A DNA stretch of 58,379 nt from positions 148,251-206,629 of the forward strand of contig NMRA01000658.1 in the NCBI GenBank assembly GCA_002633005.1, in the 5' to 3' direction. A model generated the notes under the pieces. It ran no database searches. It saw only the letters and a list, made by a program, of their open reading frames with translations, and was not told where the DNA came from. A program made the translations under genes and the position numbers. Positions within the stretch are counted from its first letter, which is position 1. Each line of letters begins with the position of its first letter. Shown piece after piece: positions 40,701-53,600 of the stretch. This DNA is from Phoronis australis. Taxonomy: Eukaryota; Animalia; Phoronida.

Positions 40701-43700
40701 GTTAGCTGGTCTAGGTGGTGATACAGAGTTTGTTAAGGCCGACCTGGAACTGCAATATAACAAGCCTTTGCCTCTTGACTCGGTAAGTGTACGACTTCAG
40801 TATTCACAATTTGGTCAATACATGACAGTGCTGTCTCTTTGGTCAATACATGACAGTGCTGTCTATTTGGTCAACACATGACAGTGCTGTCAGTTTGGTC
40901 AGTACATGAAAGTTCTGTTTATTTGATCAATACATGAAAGTGCTGTCTATGTGGTCAATACATGAAAGTGCTGTCTATTTGGTCAATACATGAAAGGGCT
41001 GTTTATTTGGTTAATACATGACAGTGCTATTTGGTCAATACATGACAGTGCTGTCTATTTTGTCACTACAAGAGAGTGCTGTCTGTTTGGTCGATACATG
41101 GCAGTGCTGTCTATATGGCCAATACATAAGAGTTCTGCCTATGTGTTGAACACTCGCTTAATAAACTCCCAGTATATGTGTTGGCCCTTCATAGAGTAAG
41201 TCCAAATTTAATAGATGACTGAGAGACAGTCACCATACTTACATAGCTGGATGTATTTTCAAACTGGCCATTTCTAATCTTCAGGCCATAATTAACAATT
41301 GCACCACAGGCCACAAAAGGTTGCAACTTATTGAGCCACTGAGCACTTTTGAAATTAATGATATTCATTTTCTAGGTTCTGCAGCTGTCTTTAGCTGGTG
41401 GATGTATGAGACCTCTCTTCAAGAGGGAAGACCAGAGGCCTTTACGAATTAACGATAGATTTTTCCTGGGTGGTCCGCTAACTTTACGTGGATTTAATTT
41501 AAAGGGAATCGGTCCGTCCAGAGATGGTTAGTGCTTACTATAAACATTTACTTTGATTTGACATGTTCACACACTGTACATAATGTGATTCGATTGTGAC
41601 CAACTTGTTGAGACCAGTTACGAGTATTGCACAAATTGCACGCCTGACCAGTTGCAAGGATTGTTTTTTTTTCAGTGGTTTAAAATGACGGTGTATATGG
41701 GCCATTTTGAATCCAAATCTTGTATCCTTGAGACTTTTGTTAGCAACATTTTGTGTTGAAATGCCTCACAGTTTAGTGCTTAGTACCTTGCACTTACAGT
41801 ACACGACCTGGAATTCTCAGTATTTACAATAGACCAACCATCATTGATGGTGCTATTGTTATTCACCATGATCAGAGTCTAATGTAGTGATGACCAGTGT
41901 ATAGTGTAGTGAGGAGTGATGACTAGTCATTTCTCCATCATCATTTTTCAGTAAATGACTGGCTTATCAAATTGTTGGGTTCCTGGATTTTGAGAACCAG
42001 TTTTCTCAAGTGAATAAAGTGCATCAAACTGGTTCTCAGTATCTGGGAGCACTGTTATGTGACACTTGCCGTTTTCTAAAAACAACAACTTTACACAAGT
42101 CTCAGATTTGTCTTGTCAGAGCTTGAAAATATGTCATGTCATTCTCAGGTAATGCTCTTGGTGCTAACGCCTACTGGCTAGCTGGGGCACATCTCTACAC
42201 ACCTCTGCCATTCAGGCCCAGCAAGGGGGGATTTGGGGACTTGTTCCGTTCACATTTCTTTTTCAATGCCGGAAATCTAGGCACAGTTGATTTAGGTAAG
42301 TAGAACACAGAGTTGAATGTCCTCATGTGGAATATGTGTAATTTGTGAACCTACTATTATTGGGATAACTATTGAAATGCGTGTATGGATAGCGGTCACA
42401 TAAATATGTTTTGACCAGTCTTCTGTGGGAAAGAAATTTTGATTTTTGCCAGTTACCTTAGTTTAAACTTGACTCAAACATAGTAAACTAATGTCAGGTG
42501 GAATATAAAAAGCACATGCTCACTGAAGCAAGCACGTAAATTTCACCTGGTTGATCTAAAACTTGGAGTGTGATTACGAATCGAGTGAGTTATCTATTTA
42601 TCACATTTAGCTGCAATTTTTATTATTTTGGATCTCAAGTCATCTAATAATTAATCAAAGAAATCGTTCAGTTTATTTTTAACTACCCAACGGTCACCAT
42701 CTTGGTATTCACCCTAGTCCGCAGGAGATTTGGATCATAGTTAGGTTCAATGGTCAATGGTTCGACTACTCTGGTTGACTACAGCCATTCACTTGCATCT
42801 GTAGTGACGAAAGTCTGCTCACAGTCATGCTATAAACATTCCCACTAAATAAGATTGGCCCAAACCCCGCCTATCAGGGTAAAAGGTGGGGTTTGGCAGA
42901 TTGAACTAGACCGTATTTATCCACCTTGGCTGAGTCGCGCTCGGCTCACGATCAAAGGGATGCCGCCAAGCTGCTCTATTCATTGAGTCATGAGCGAGGA
43001 TAATTGGCTTCGCTCATGCGGATATGATCAGCTGATTACAATCTAGCGTAGCAGACTGTACTTTTTATGGAGAGTTTTACGTAGTTTTTACTGTAATATT
43101 TGAAAAGAGGAGCGAAAACAAATATGAGTACAACTTTAAATTTTTCAAATCGGCCCAGGATAAGAGATTTTGTAGCACAGCAACAATCACGATTACTTTC
43201 ATTCGGCGCGCACGAATACAAAAATATAGGACCCAAGTTATTTAGATTTTGGAACACATGCATTGCAATATTCAAAATTCGTTTATTATGAATCTTACAA
43301 GCTGTAAAACGACGTTGTTTAAATTCATTGTGCTTATTCACTGTCATCCGTCAAATCGGAAATTTCCGAGATGTGATCTGCGGCGTGCGCGTATGTGTAC
43401 AAAACACGTGATGTTATGTTCCTGAAGTACGAACATTAAGAAACTTTAGCATGCCGTTATTATTGACAGGGACACGATAAAACGACTTTGGATTTTGACT
43501 ATAGTCTTGATACAGCGAGCTGGCTGACCACTGCGTCAGTGTCTCCGTTAGACTCACAGCCCGGGTAGTTCACCTCGTCCTCAACATGTAGATCGAGCGT
43601 TGGACTATTTATGTTTTATTCCACTGTAGAGCTAACGACCGTCGACCTGTGCTCACAAAATCTGTGAGTACACCGGCACTCACCTTGCACGTTGCAGCCG

Positions 43701-46673
43701 TTTAAGTGAAAAACAATCTAGTAAACGCCATTTTCTTGCATAATCCTCCGCCTTTGGTAACAAGAAAGTCTGTCGTCGATGACCTGCACATGCACTCACT
43801 TTCATACGCAGACGAACTTCAAAACAAACTTCTCGGGACTACAACATGTGTGTTCATCAAGAGATTTTTCTAGTGTTGTGGGGTACGATGTAGCGCAGAT
43901 TTGGACTTATTCGCAATTAATCTGGACTCCACATGAACTTTAAAAATTGTAAAACATGAAGATTTCGGGTAATTTGTTGAGCCGAAACTATATTTTTATT
44001 CAAGAATTCAAGTTTTCCTATTGACGATCGGGATTCAGCGACGTATCAGTCGGCAAGTTTTCGCCCTGGGATTTCAGCACAATTTTTTGAAAAATGATCA
44101 TAATTTAACAACGGAGTTTGATAGCAATGCATCACAATTTTGTAGAAAGACAGTCATAGGCTACAAATACGTAACAGAGCGTAAATTTGATGGATCCTAG
44201 CTTCCGATTTTACCCGTTTCGGAAACCGGGTTTCAACTGCCTTAGGCTACAATAAGCATCCCCTCCCTGTGAAATGAATTTTTCTAAGGTTTATTAGAGC
44301 CAATACAGTATACAGCTTTCCACCAAGGCTAGGTGATGCTATGACATTCTTTGTTGCATTAGTTAACTGGTCTTGGCTAATTATCATTTTATGGCCTGGT
44401 CATCCTTTCAGCCAAAAGTAGTTCCATAGGTGGCTTATCAGCCAATTATTCATGCATACTGACTCACAATAGAAGCCTGATAAGAGTGAAGGTGGATAAA
44501 TGCCCCACTCCTACAATTTCTTGTGGTAGTGGATCTGTTCAGGACATGGTCTTTGTGTCTCTCAGCTCTTCACTTCTTGGCCCTTGGTCTAACCTTTTTA
44601 CTCAAGATTGAACTTGAAATTATTTTTATTTTCTGTAATTCTACTTCTTAATCCTAGTTTGAACTTATTGATCCTATCATTTAGGCTAAAAGTCGGAGTC
44701 TGGACTCGAAATTTTGAGGTTTTACTCGAGTTTTTAGCTTGAATATAGGGGTCATCAAATGCAACCTTCCGACTAGAAACTTATTGCTTAAATGTACTTG
44801 AGCACAGAATAATAGACTCTTATCTTGTGTTCACTCAAAAGTACACCGGAAATGTCAAAAATAATGTCGGGATCGATTTCAAATAGAAAGATGAGAACTG
44901 GATTCCTGATCTTAAAGTGTAGTTCAGAACCAGGTTGTACCCGTTTTGTAAAGCTAAATGACCAAACGTTTTTAAAGCTAAATGACCAAACGTTTGTAAA
45001 GCTAAATGACCAAACGTTTGTAAAGCTAAATGAAGTTTTTGACAGGTTTGATGTGTTTCAGCTTTAAACTAAATGATTTCTGACTCACACCATAGACAAC
45101 TATACTATAGTCTATGTTCACACCAAGCAGTGTCTACTACACTCCTTGCTCACAGTGATTTAGAGGCTAGAAAATGCGCTCTTCAATTACCAAAACTAGG
45201 CTTACTGCACTACTCTTCGATCCACTACTGAATGATTTTCTTTGCTTATACCAATCAGTATTTGTTTGACAACTCTGAGGAATCAAAAAATGTAATATAA
45301 AAGAGCATTGAGTGGTGAGTAGTCTTGGTTTCAGCAAAGTTAATTTCAAGAACAAATGCTCGGTAGTTACAGTCGACTTCTAATTGCTTCATTGCTGCCC
45401 TAACAAGGTGATATCTTTGTTGCAGCACATGGAGCCAAGCACAACGTACAGCTCATGTCCCAGGACCTTCGCCTCTCGGTGGGTGCTGGAATTGTCCTGC
45501 GGATGGGACGAGTGGCCCGCATGGAACTCAATTACTGTTGGCCTCTCAGGTTGTCAAAGGGAGACAGGTGTGTAAACAACACCTGTAGTCTTGGATTAAG
45601 TTTGAGTAGTACTTGGTTGACAAATCTACATTCAGCCAATACTATATAATTTAAGTTAAGAGAAGTATAGATTTTCTGAAAGCAAAGTTTGTAGAACTTG
45701 ATTGTTGGATTAATACCAGTCTGGCCTAGGTTGGGCCAAGAAACCATTTCAATTTACCTGTAGTAAAATTTTGGAAAAAAATTTTAAATTAGAACCACAG
45801 CAAAATAATCATTTCGAGGACAAACCAAATTCCTTTTCATATAAATTTTCAAGATCAAATCTCAAATAAGAGCCGTTTTGTTTTCTGCAACTTTTCAATT
45901 TCTCCCCAAACTCCATTTTGATGGTGCTTCATTATTTTAAAACATTCTTAACAGCGTTTAGGAGAACAGTGTTTAAAGTACAGTATCCAAGTTTCAGGAT
46001 TCCAATCAGCAATTGCAGATTTTGTTCCAAACTCGGCCAAATTTGGAATTTTTCTGTAGTCCTGCTTAAGCTTAAATTTTAAGTTTAGTAGTTTTGAACG
46101 TTGACGTTATTGTTGGAAGTATTGCTTCAGTAGTGTGCTGGGTGTCCAGGATTCAATTTAAATTGTCTAAGTAATCTATTCTCGTCACTCATTGAGAAAA
46201 TTGTGAATGTGTGCAATAATTTTGACAAAATCAAACAAAATGTGTAAAATGCCAGAGTTCAGGTCTAGTATTTCGTGAAGTTTCTCCAGTGGCATTTTAC
46301 CATTCTACCAGTGTAGCTAGGCACTAGGGTCAGCCCAAATAAATATTTCCTTTATTCAAATTAGGCCATTACTGTGAACCTTGTGTCTAAATTTTTGTCA
46401 TGCATGGTTTTATTGCAAGTAGGTGTTTAGTGCTTCTACTTGAGAATGCGTTTCTTAACAGTGAAATTCAACTGGATTAGCTGGAGTTTTTTAAATTAAT
46501 CACCAGTTTATTCACCAAAAGTAAAGTCTTAACTCTGTATTTCTGTGAAGTATTTATGAACATCCCTCCAAGAACTGAATGCTATTTATGTAGTCCAACA
46601 TAATGGAAGAATTTGGTTCTTTTTCAGCGTTAACAAAGGACTGCAGTTTGGGATTGGAGTGCACTTTTTATGA
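22778..46673 (+). CDS. SAMM50: Sorting and assembly machinery component 50 (mitochondrial Omp85/BamA family), 13 exons, 458 aa
   Basis: Exons 22778-22798 (MGAVHAK), 27648-27713, 33068-33169 ([12 protein letters not shown]), 33567-33654, 35184-35290, 36467-36600 (PNVFGRAE), 38742-38829, 39479-39679, 40699-40782, 41376-41526 ([14 protein letters not shown]), 42149-42295, 45426-45567 (ARMELNYC) and 46628-46673 (beta-signal [10 protein letters not shown]). All GT-AG and phase-consistent; total 1377 nt. Confidence 0.96.
24169..26355. mobile_element. Same TIR family, copy B, inverted relative to copy A
   Basis: Termini CAGGGCTCGA...TCGAGCCTTG; TSD ACATG at 24164-24168 and 26356-26360. Collinear reverse complement of 19538-21731 (mirror ORFs in the track, e.g. 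19634+ vs 26031-, 19905+ vs 25777-). Confidence 0.85.
26775..27225 (-). repeat. Two copies of a tRNA-like (Pol III A/B box) SINE-type segment
   Basis: ~26790-26910 and ~27100-27222 are direct repeats; the minus strand reads TGGTCGACTGG...GGTTCGAAAC. Confidence 0.5.
27916..32755. mobile_element. ~4.8-kb non-autonomous TIR element with CAC...GTG ends (CMC/EnSpm-like) in SAMM50 intron 2
   Basis: ~45-bp TIR CACATCACGAATTTTTGTCCGACCGGTCGGAAATTGGTCGA vs TCGACCAATTTCCGACCGGTCGGACAAAAATTTGTGATGTG; subterminal GCCGAC repeats; no long ORF. A related fragment lies at ~10720-10800. Confidence 0.7.
35837..35996. repeat. 39-bp minisatellite x4
   Basis: Unit AGTGTTCTTCACCAGATARTGATGCTAATAGGGGCTGGA. Confidence 0.95.
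37167..38525. mobile_element. PIF/Harbinger-like MITE interrupted by a solo LTR
   Basis: TIR GGCCGGTTGCATGAAACAGTCCCAAATAGGG vs CCCTATTTGGAACTGTTTCATGCAACCAAGC. Confidence 0.6.
37514..38406. mobile_element. Solo LTR (893 bp)
   Basis: Inverted ends TGTCAGA...TCTGATA (TG...CA with a C>T change) and a perfect 5-bp TSD AGTAC at 37509-37513 and 38407-38411. Confidence 0.65.
40252..40367. repeat. ~29-bp minisatellite x4
   Basis: Unit AATGTATTACGAGATGAATGTTATTTTGR. Confidence 0.9.
40808..41130. repeat. ~29-bp degenerate minisatellite, about 11 copies
   Basis: Unit TTTGGTCAATACATGACAGTGCTGTCTAT. Confidence 0.9.
44943..45032. repeat. ~24-bp minisatellite x3.5
   Basis: Unit TTTGTAAAGCTAAATGACCAAACG. 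Confidence 0.9.
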
Positions 46674-46847
46674 AGATTGACCAAGTGTAATAAGACTGAA
46701 CCACCCACCTGAACAAATTTACCAAAATAGATAACTATAAACTCTGTGGACTCTTTCACGTATTTTTTAATTAAAATTGTGTCAGCTGCATACAAATCCT
46801 GTTGTATACAACTTGAAAATGGAATCAAAAGCTTTCCAGATAATTTT

Positions 46848-47168
46848 AATAAAAGATTACTAATAGCCAAGAATACTGATGTTGTTAAAGTGTCTCTCTC
46901 GTTGAGTCTTAACCAATCCACAGACTTATTTTAGACGAACTGTTGGCAGAAAGCATATTTTTAATATAAGTAAGATTACCACAAGAAAAGGAAATGCACT
47001 TGACTGAAAACATAAAGCAGAATCAATCTTCAGTAAGACATTATTAGTACACCCACTCCACACCCAGCCACCCACCCACACACACACCCCCCCACACACA
47101 CACGATGAAAAAACAGTAGCATAATATAATCATGCAGACTGTCAGCACAGACACGTTTCAGTTTTATT
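46848..47168. terminator. Candidate convergent poly(A) signals of SAMM50 (+) and NAT10 (-)
   Basis: AATAAA on + at 46848-46853 and on - at 47163-47168; the CA-rich tract 47058-47103 reads as a GU-rich element downstream of the NAT10 signal. Confidence 0.5.
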
Positions 47169-47646
47169 GTATTTAGTCACATGTAGAGTAAACGTCAATA
47201 GTATAATTCCCTGTGATGACAACTGGGCAGAAGCCAAATTCTTCGTCAGCATAGACTTTTGGAGAAAGACGACTGCTCTCATGGAGCTGCTTTAAAGTTG
47301 AAATGTCAAATAATTGTTCTGTCGTTGCAAACATTTATCCCTCCCTGGTCGTCGTCTGAACAACATGACCTTACTGCATGGATTTTCTGTCAACGTTGAC
47401 TACCTTCTCGTAATCAGGCTAAAAATGTAACCTTTAAAAAAATTTTGCTCAAAAAGTGATACTTGGCTCTTAACGAACACAATTCTGTACACCTGGGGGC
47501 ACCAGTCTCACAATCAACAGCACGTCTGCTGCCCTAAAGTTGTCCACTCCTTCGTAATCTGTGAACACTTGTTTAACCACTGTTGGTCTTTGATACTCCC
47601 TTCTTCAGTCACGTCATTGTAATTCAGTCATGTCTTTGTTATTCAA

Positions 47647-50600
47647 TCACGTCTTGTGTTTTTGTTTCTGTTTCTTCTGTTTCTTACTTTTTCCCGAAGG
47701 TGTAGAACTATCCAATGATCCGATATCAACGGACTTCCTTTTCTTTTCCAAAGAACTGTAAATTTAAATTAATGGCACTTTACCTCGAGTTATTATGAAC
47801 AATAAAACGAATGGACCAAACAAAATAACAGGTAAAACTCCCATAACTCGGATCCAATCGGTCCAAAAGATCTGACAGGATGGCGACACGAAATAGAACC
47901 ACTGTACTGTGGAATGTTGCCAGAATTAAATGAAGTAAGACTTTTACTGTGCATCACTTTCTGTGAATTAAGATGATGAACCACTGGCATCACTTTCTGT
48001 GAATAAAGATGATGAACCAGTGGCATCACTTTCTGTGAATAAAGATGATGAACCCCTGGCATCACTTTCTGTGAATAAAGATGATGAACCAGTGGCATCA
48101 CTTTCTGTGAATAAAGATGATGAACCCCTGGCATCACTTGAGGTGAACAAAGATGATGAACCACTGGCATCACTTTCTGTGAATAAAGATGATGAACCAC
48201 TGGCATCACTTTCTGTGAATAAAGATGATGAACCACTGGCAACAGTGACAGAAATTAGGGGACATTATTGTCCTTAAAATGAGGCATAGACTTATACAGA
48301 ATGTTTTCCACATAAAAGCATAAATTAATGGCTTCTTGTTTAATTTTCACTTATTAAATAATTTCGAGTCAAATATCCAGTGCTGTAGTGGGGGTTAGGC
48401 GCACTTACGCACTGCCAACCACCTTTTGGCATTTGAACGTAGCGCCTACACACCGTAAGTTACGTTCAGTGCTCAGTGTGATACGGTGGGCTTTGGGCGC
48501 CTACTTACCTCAATTTTACCACTACAGCACTGCAAACATCAGGCTAATCTCGTGAGACACAATCTAGTGCTTGCAATAAATTACCGTATTCGACCGGGCT
48601 ACTGCCCTGGGCGCTTAAATTGGGAATCTAAAAAAACGGGGTGGGCGGTAAGCCAAGCATGGGCGGTTAAAATCAAAATTATTGAAAAGTTGGAAGTGGG
48701 TGCTTGCTGAACAAAGGACCGATTTTAACGTCACGGATCTACATTGACATCAGGCTTCAAGCTTATCAGTTAAAATATTACGTCGGAGGATTGAAGTAAG
48801 TTAACAAACTTTGATGGCCTGAAGTGGAATAGCGCACACATCAGTGGTGCCGTGATCCCGAGCGTGCTTGGGTTTTTACGTAGTGCTCTACCTTGGTCGC
48901 TGCTCTACCTTGGTCGCTGCTCGTCATGTCTTGGAACTAAGGTGTTCTTACAGATAGACATGCCTTCAGTATTGCAAGTTTCTTGAGAGAAAAGTACGAT
49001 CACGCAAGACTACGCTAGATCGTCATGTATTGCTACGGAAAGCAAGTGATTTTGTACAGATATGCTGCCTCTAATTACTTTGGCAACCAAACAGGTACTA
49101 ATGATTGACTGCCGGTCTTTCTTCTAAGCACTTTGAACCTAATTTGAACAATGTAACATTTTATATACATTGTAGATTTCTTTCTGTGTTGAACAGCTAA
49201 CACATACCTCCCATAATTTGTTCAAAGCATGTGCTCAACAATCGGATGATACTACTTTTAGGCAATAGGGGTGGTCTGTCAGCTGCGCAAATAAGCAAAA
49301 ACACATCATGTAAAAAGTCAACAGGCAAATCAAGAATTCAAAAAAAGTTTTTACCATGTAGATGTGGAGAGAATGTTCGACTTACGCTTAATTACAAGTT
49401 GACTTCTTTAGCTGTTACTTGTGGTTGGACACTTCCATTTTGGTGTCGGGAATGAGTCATTATAAACATGCGTTTAGCAATGACACAGAACAATGGCCTG
49501 TATGCTAGTATTCAAAACAATGCCTCCAAAATAATGTTGGTGGAGTTTCCAAAATCGTTGGTCATGTACCAACCGAGTGTGGTTGTTTTTTTGTTTTACT
49601 TCTCCGAATTCCGACAAATATGTTGGTCTGCCGTCAAGTTTTTTTTTGTTTGTTCACACTCTACAGGTCGCAATTTTCGTCCGATTCGCATGAAATTCGC
49701 ACACGACATTTAGATCTGGAAGTCCTGGAAGCCTATTGTTATTGGTCATGATCGGGTTCAAAATGGCGGACGTGGCGGCCATTTTGTTTACGGTTTCTGA
49801 TTCAAATGCTCATAGAGGCCACATTGTTCAACATACAGAGCTGAAACCTGTTACAGTTATTACAGAACAAAAGTACTACAACTGCGTGGTAAATCGCTAA
49901 CATCCGGTCAAAAATGGCAGAATTATTGGCCATGGCGCATGCGAACCTCGATATCTGGCCGAAAACGTTTTTTCCTGTAGAGGGCACATTGGTGAACCAA
50001 TCTCATTTTCAATCTCGTCACCTGTTTGTTTCGTTTGATTGGCTATTATAAAAGTTTAACTGGAAGTCACTTTCAAGATGGCGGCTGTGGCTCATTTTCA
50101 CCCATTTTCAATCGTTCTGCGGTTGCATTTTTAACAGGAAGAGCAATTGACGTGAATTTTTATATGTAGATTCCTTGAAGTATGCTCTTTCAAAAGTTCT
50201 GGAATGACGTTTCTCCCGGACTTGTCGTTTTCGAGTTATTTGACTTTGAATTTCAAAAAAACGCAAAATTTCATTTTTTTTGAAAAATTTACAGAATTGT
50301 GCGTTACTATCAATTTATATAGAGTTTTAAAAGGGCTTTCAGATGATCTTTTCCAGTTTTCGCTAGGACATCTACTTTTCGAATTATTCGAGATTTTCTG
50401 ATTTCACTTCCTTTGTTGAGTGCTCTTGCTGCATTGATGTTGATTTATCTTCTATTGAACAAGACCGCCTATTTCTTAGTAATTTCTTTGCTAGTCACAT
50501 GAATGTTATCATGTTGTTCATAATCGCCACCTTTATCGTCATCATTGTTGTCGTCCTCCCCATCTTCGTCTTTTCGGTTAATTTTGCCAAGTGTCGCTCC

Positions 50601-53600
50601 TCCGAGCGCTCTCGCACTGTTGTCACTTTACCGGCTATTGAACAAGACTGCAGCCTATTTCTTTGCTAGTCACATGAATGTTGTTCATAATCGCCGCCTT
50701 CATCGTCGTTCCCATCGTCTTCTTCTCGGTTGATTTCGCCAAGTGTCGCTCCTCCGACCACTCTCATTTTATTTCATAGCTCAGGGGGGTGACGTTTTGT
50801 GTACTGTCACGGGGAATCCAGAAAGGTAGGCCCCGACTTCAAATTCTTGTCAACTACCGCTTTGTTGGTTCTTCCACGGCAATGAAATACATTTGACAAG
50901 TGCTGTCTCAGTAATCAGTACCTGCTGACACGAGTTCCGCGCGTGAGCCATAGGAAATAATTGTGTCTCCTTCAGTTAAGAGCATGAGAATACAGATATT
51001 TTACTGCCATATAGTGAAGTCGAAAAATGGCCCCCCGTGCATCCCCCGGACTTTTAAGTTGCATTTTTGCAAAGAAAATGTGTGAAAACTAAAAAAAGAT
51101 GTTAATAAGCCGAAAAAGTGTCCCACGTGCGTTTTTATGCAAATTATGCCGCAGACTGGCACGAGGGAAGTCGAGCAAGGTCAATCTTGGACTTGTGAGG
51201 ATTTCATCTTCACCAACCTTTTTATGTAACATCTTGGCACGAGTAGCATCTTTCGATGACTCACGACTCTGACCACACATGAGGCAGTTGAACTCATCCA
51301 ACTTACATCCCAGTCAACGCCACGTTGCCTGAATCCAAGGTGAAATTTTGGATTCCTTTCTAGTTTTGTTAAGGGGGCCAACCTTTCCTTTACGTTTAAA
51401 TGCACCGGTGCAATCTTCTCCAGTGTATACGCAAAATCCAAGTAGAGCTTCACAGTAGTCTTTTCCCAAGGATTTTGATAGGTCGGAGAGATTCAATAGT
51501 CGCGGATGTTTTCCAGACCCTGTATCTAGATATAAAGTCAACTTTATAGCATGCCTGCAGCAGAATGACAAAGACATGAGTGTCAGGGATTATGAAGACG
51601 TCGTTTCTGTACCAAGTGAGGCAGCGTACTGGAGGTTGCTGTAGATATGTGGGATCTCCCAAGTATGAACCGGAAACATCAAATCACTTTTATAATTACA
51701 TATGACATCGCAAATTTGTTAAGTAAGAAATAATCGGAAAGTTCTGTTCAGAAAAAAGATTACAGACTTCATCACCACAAGATGCCCGTCTACAATCAGG
51801 ATGACCATCTCAGTTTCCTTCTACCTGGAAACTGCCTTCTCACCACTCCAGATTTGCAGTAACAGTTGACAGAGTTGCTTTTTTGTCATCGCTTGCAAGA
51901 AAAGTTTTGAAGTCATACGGCTTTTATGCAGCTGGTCCAACCAAAATTATTTTCTCTGAACTGCCATGTCACAACCGCTCCTGGCATTGAGAGATTCAGG
52001 GTGGTAGCTGTCAGTTGAGACCAAGAAGTGCTTCTTCGACACCATTTGATCAAGTACTTGTAAACAGACATTACCACATGTTGGAGGGAGATTAGCTAAC
52101 GTATGGAGAAGTACAAAACCATATTGGATGAACAGATCATCCTCAGTGTAATGAATGTCTTCTGGCGCAATGTCGTTCAGAAGATAATGCGAAATGGAGG
52201 CTTTGTTGGTCTTGGAAAAAATGCCTGGTGTTCCAAGACTAGGGGGCACGGGTATCATGCAGTACTTCATGAGTTCTGGCATGTTCAATGGCTCACCCAG
52301 TGTCTGGGATTTAAGGGATTGTTCTAAAACCCCTTCGACACCCACGACCCCCTCGACCCAAAACCCCACGACCTGTGGCAATAGATGCATCTGTGCTTTT
52401 TACACATTTCAAAATCGCATTACGTCTCAAAGCGATTTTCCCACGAGACTTACCTACACGAGACTTTGATCTAGCTCAAGTCTGGTGGTTAAAACGGAAA
52501 GTGGCGTAAGAGCATGACCTGATATAGCGGATTGTGAGCATGCTATTTTTTGTCATGGAAATAGTTCCACGAGTACCTACCAATGGCATTATTCTACTAA
52601 ACTTAGGGAGATAGTACGTTAACGTGAATGCACATAATTTCATATTTTTATTATTTTCTGTTGTATACTCAACTATTATTAAAATCTCATGGTCTACTTA
52701 CATCAGACCTCTTGTCTATTACGATGTTTCGGTCGATCAGGTGCTTGAGTCAAATTATCTGTAGTTTCAGAAGTCGTGGGTTCAAACCCTGCCTCGGACA
52801 AAAAAATCACACAATGATGAGTGTACCACATATCCGTGCTCGCTCTTCTAAGAACGCAGGAACACCTGACGATGGCCGGAGGATAGACCGACCGAAATGT
52901 TGTGACAGTGTAAATAGACAAAAGGTTGGTGTAAATAGACCAAGAGACTTTAATGATAGCTGTAACACGCCACCACCTCAGAGCGGTTTTAGAAAGTCAC
53001 GTTGTATACTCGTTTACAATATACTACATGAAACCGAGATACTTTTTTAGTTAAGTTTGTTTTTGAACATGTATCGTCCGGTTACCTATTTTCGTCAGGC
53101 TCCAAAGTTCGTCCGCCATCTTGTTTCGCGTGCAGCGCAACCACGCGGGACTTAGCGTTCCAATTTGGAGTGCTCGTCTTCACGTTAGGTACTAACCTCT
53201 CGGGAGAAACACGTATCAAAGTAATGAGACAAAAATCGGTGAGTTTACCGATTGTTTTTTAAAACCACTTAAAAATCAGTAGATTTTACTAATACACTTT
53301 TTTGTGCGTTTTCAGAAGATGTTTTCGAATTTAAATTTTCTTCCGACGGGACACAAAACATGATCCAGGGTTTGTTTATGCAATGTATCTGTTTGTCCCA
53401 GGCACTAGTAGGATCTAGAAGGCCAAAGGAAAAATCCGCAGACAAATGCGATACGCTGGGTTCTTAACATTTTTGCCTCACGTTCACCATTAAACTGCAT
53501 TGAAATGTCCAATTGGCTTTTATTGGAAACCACAGTGCAGAGCTCAACATCAAAGCTTCAAATCGAGTTTATGTCAATAAAAACAGGCTGTTGCAATTTT

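Noticed and set aside
42914-44502. Possible TIR element (ATTTATCCACCTT / AAGGTGGATAAAT)
   Set aside because: Only a 13-bp inverted match with no TSD identified; probably repeat-derived but boundaries cannot be supported.
47793-48277. Repetitive ORFs on both strands
   Set aside because: Products of a frame-preserving minisatellite in the NAT10 intron.
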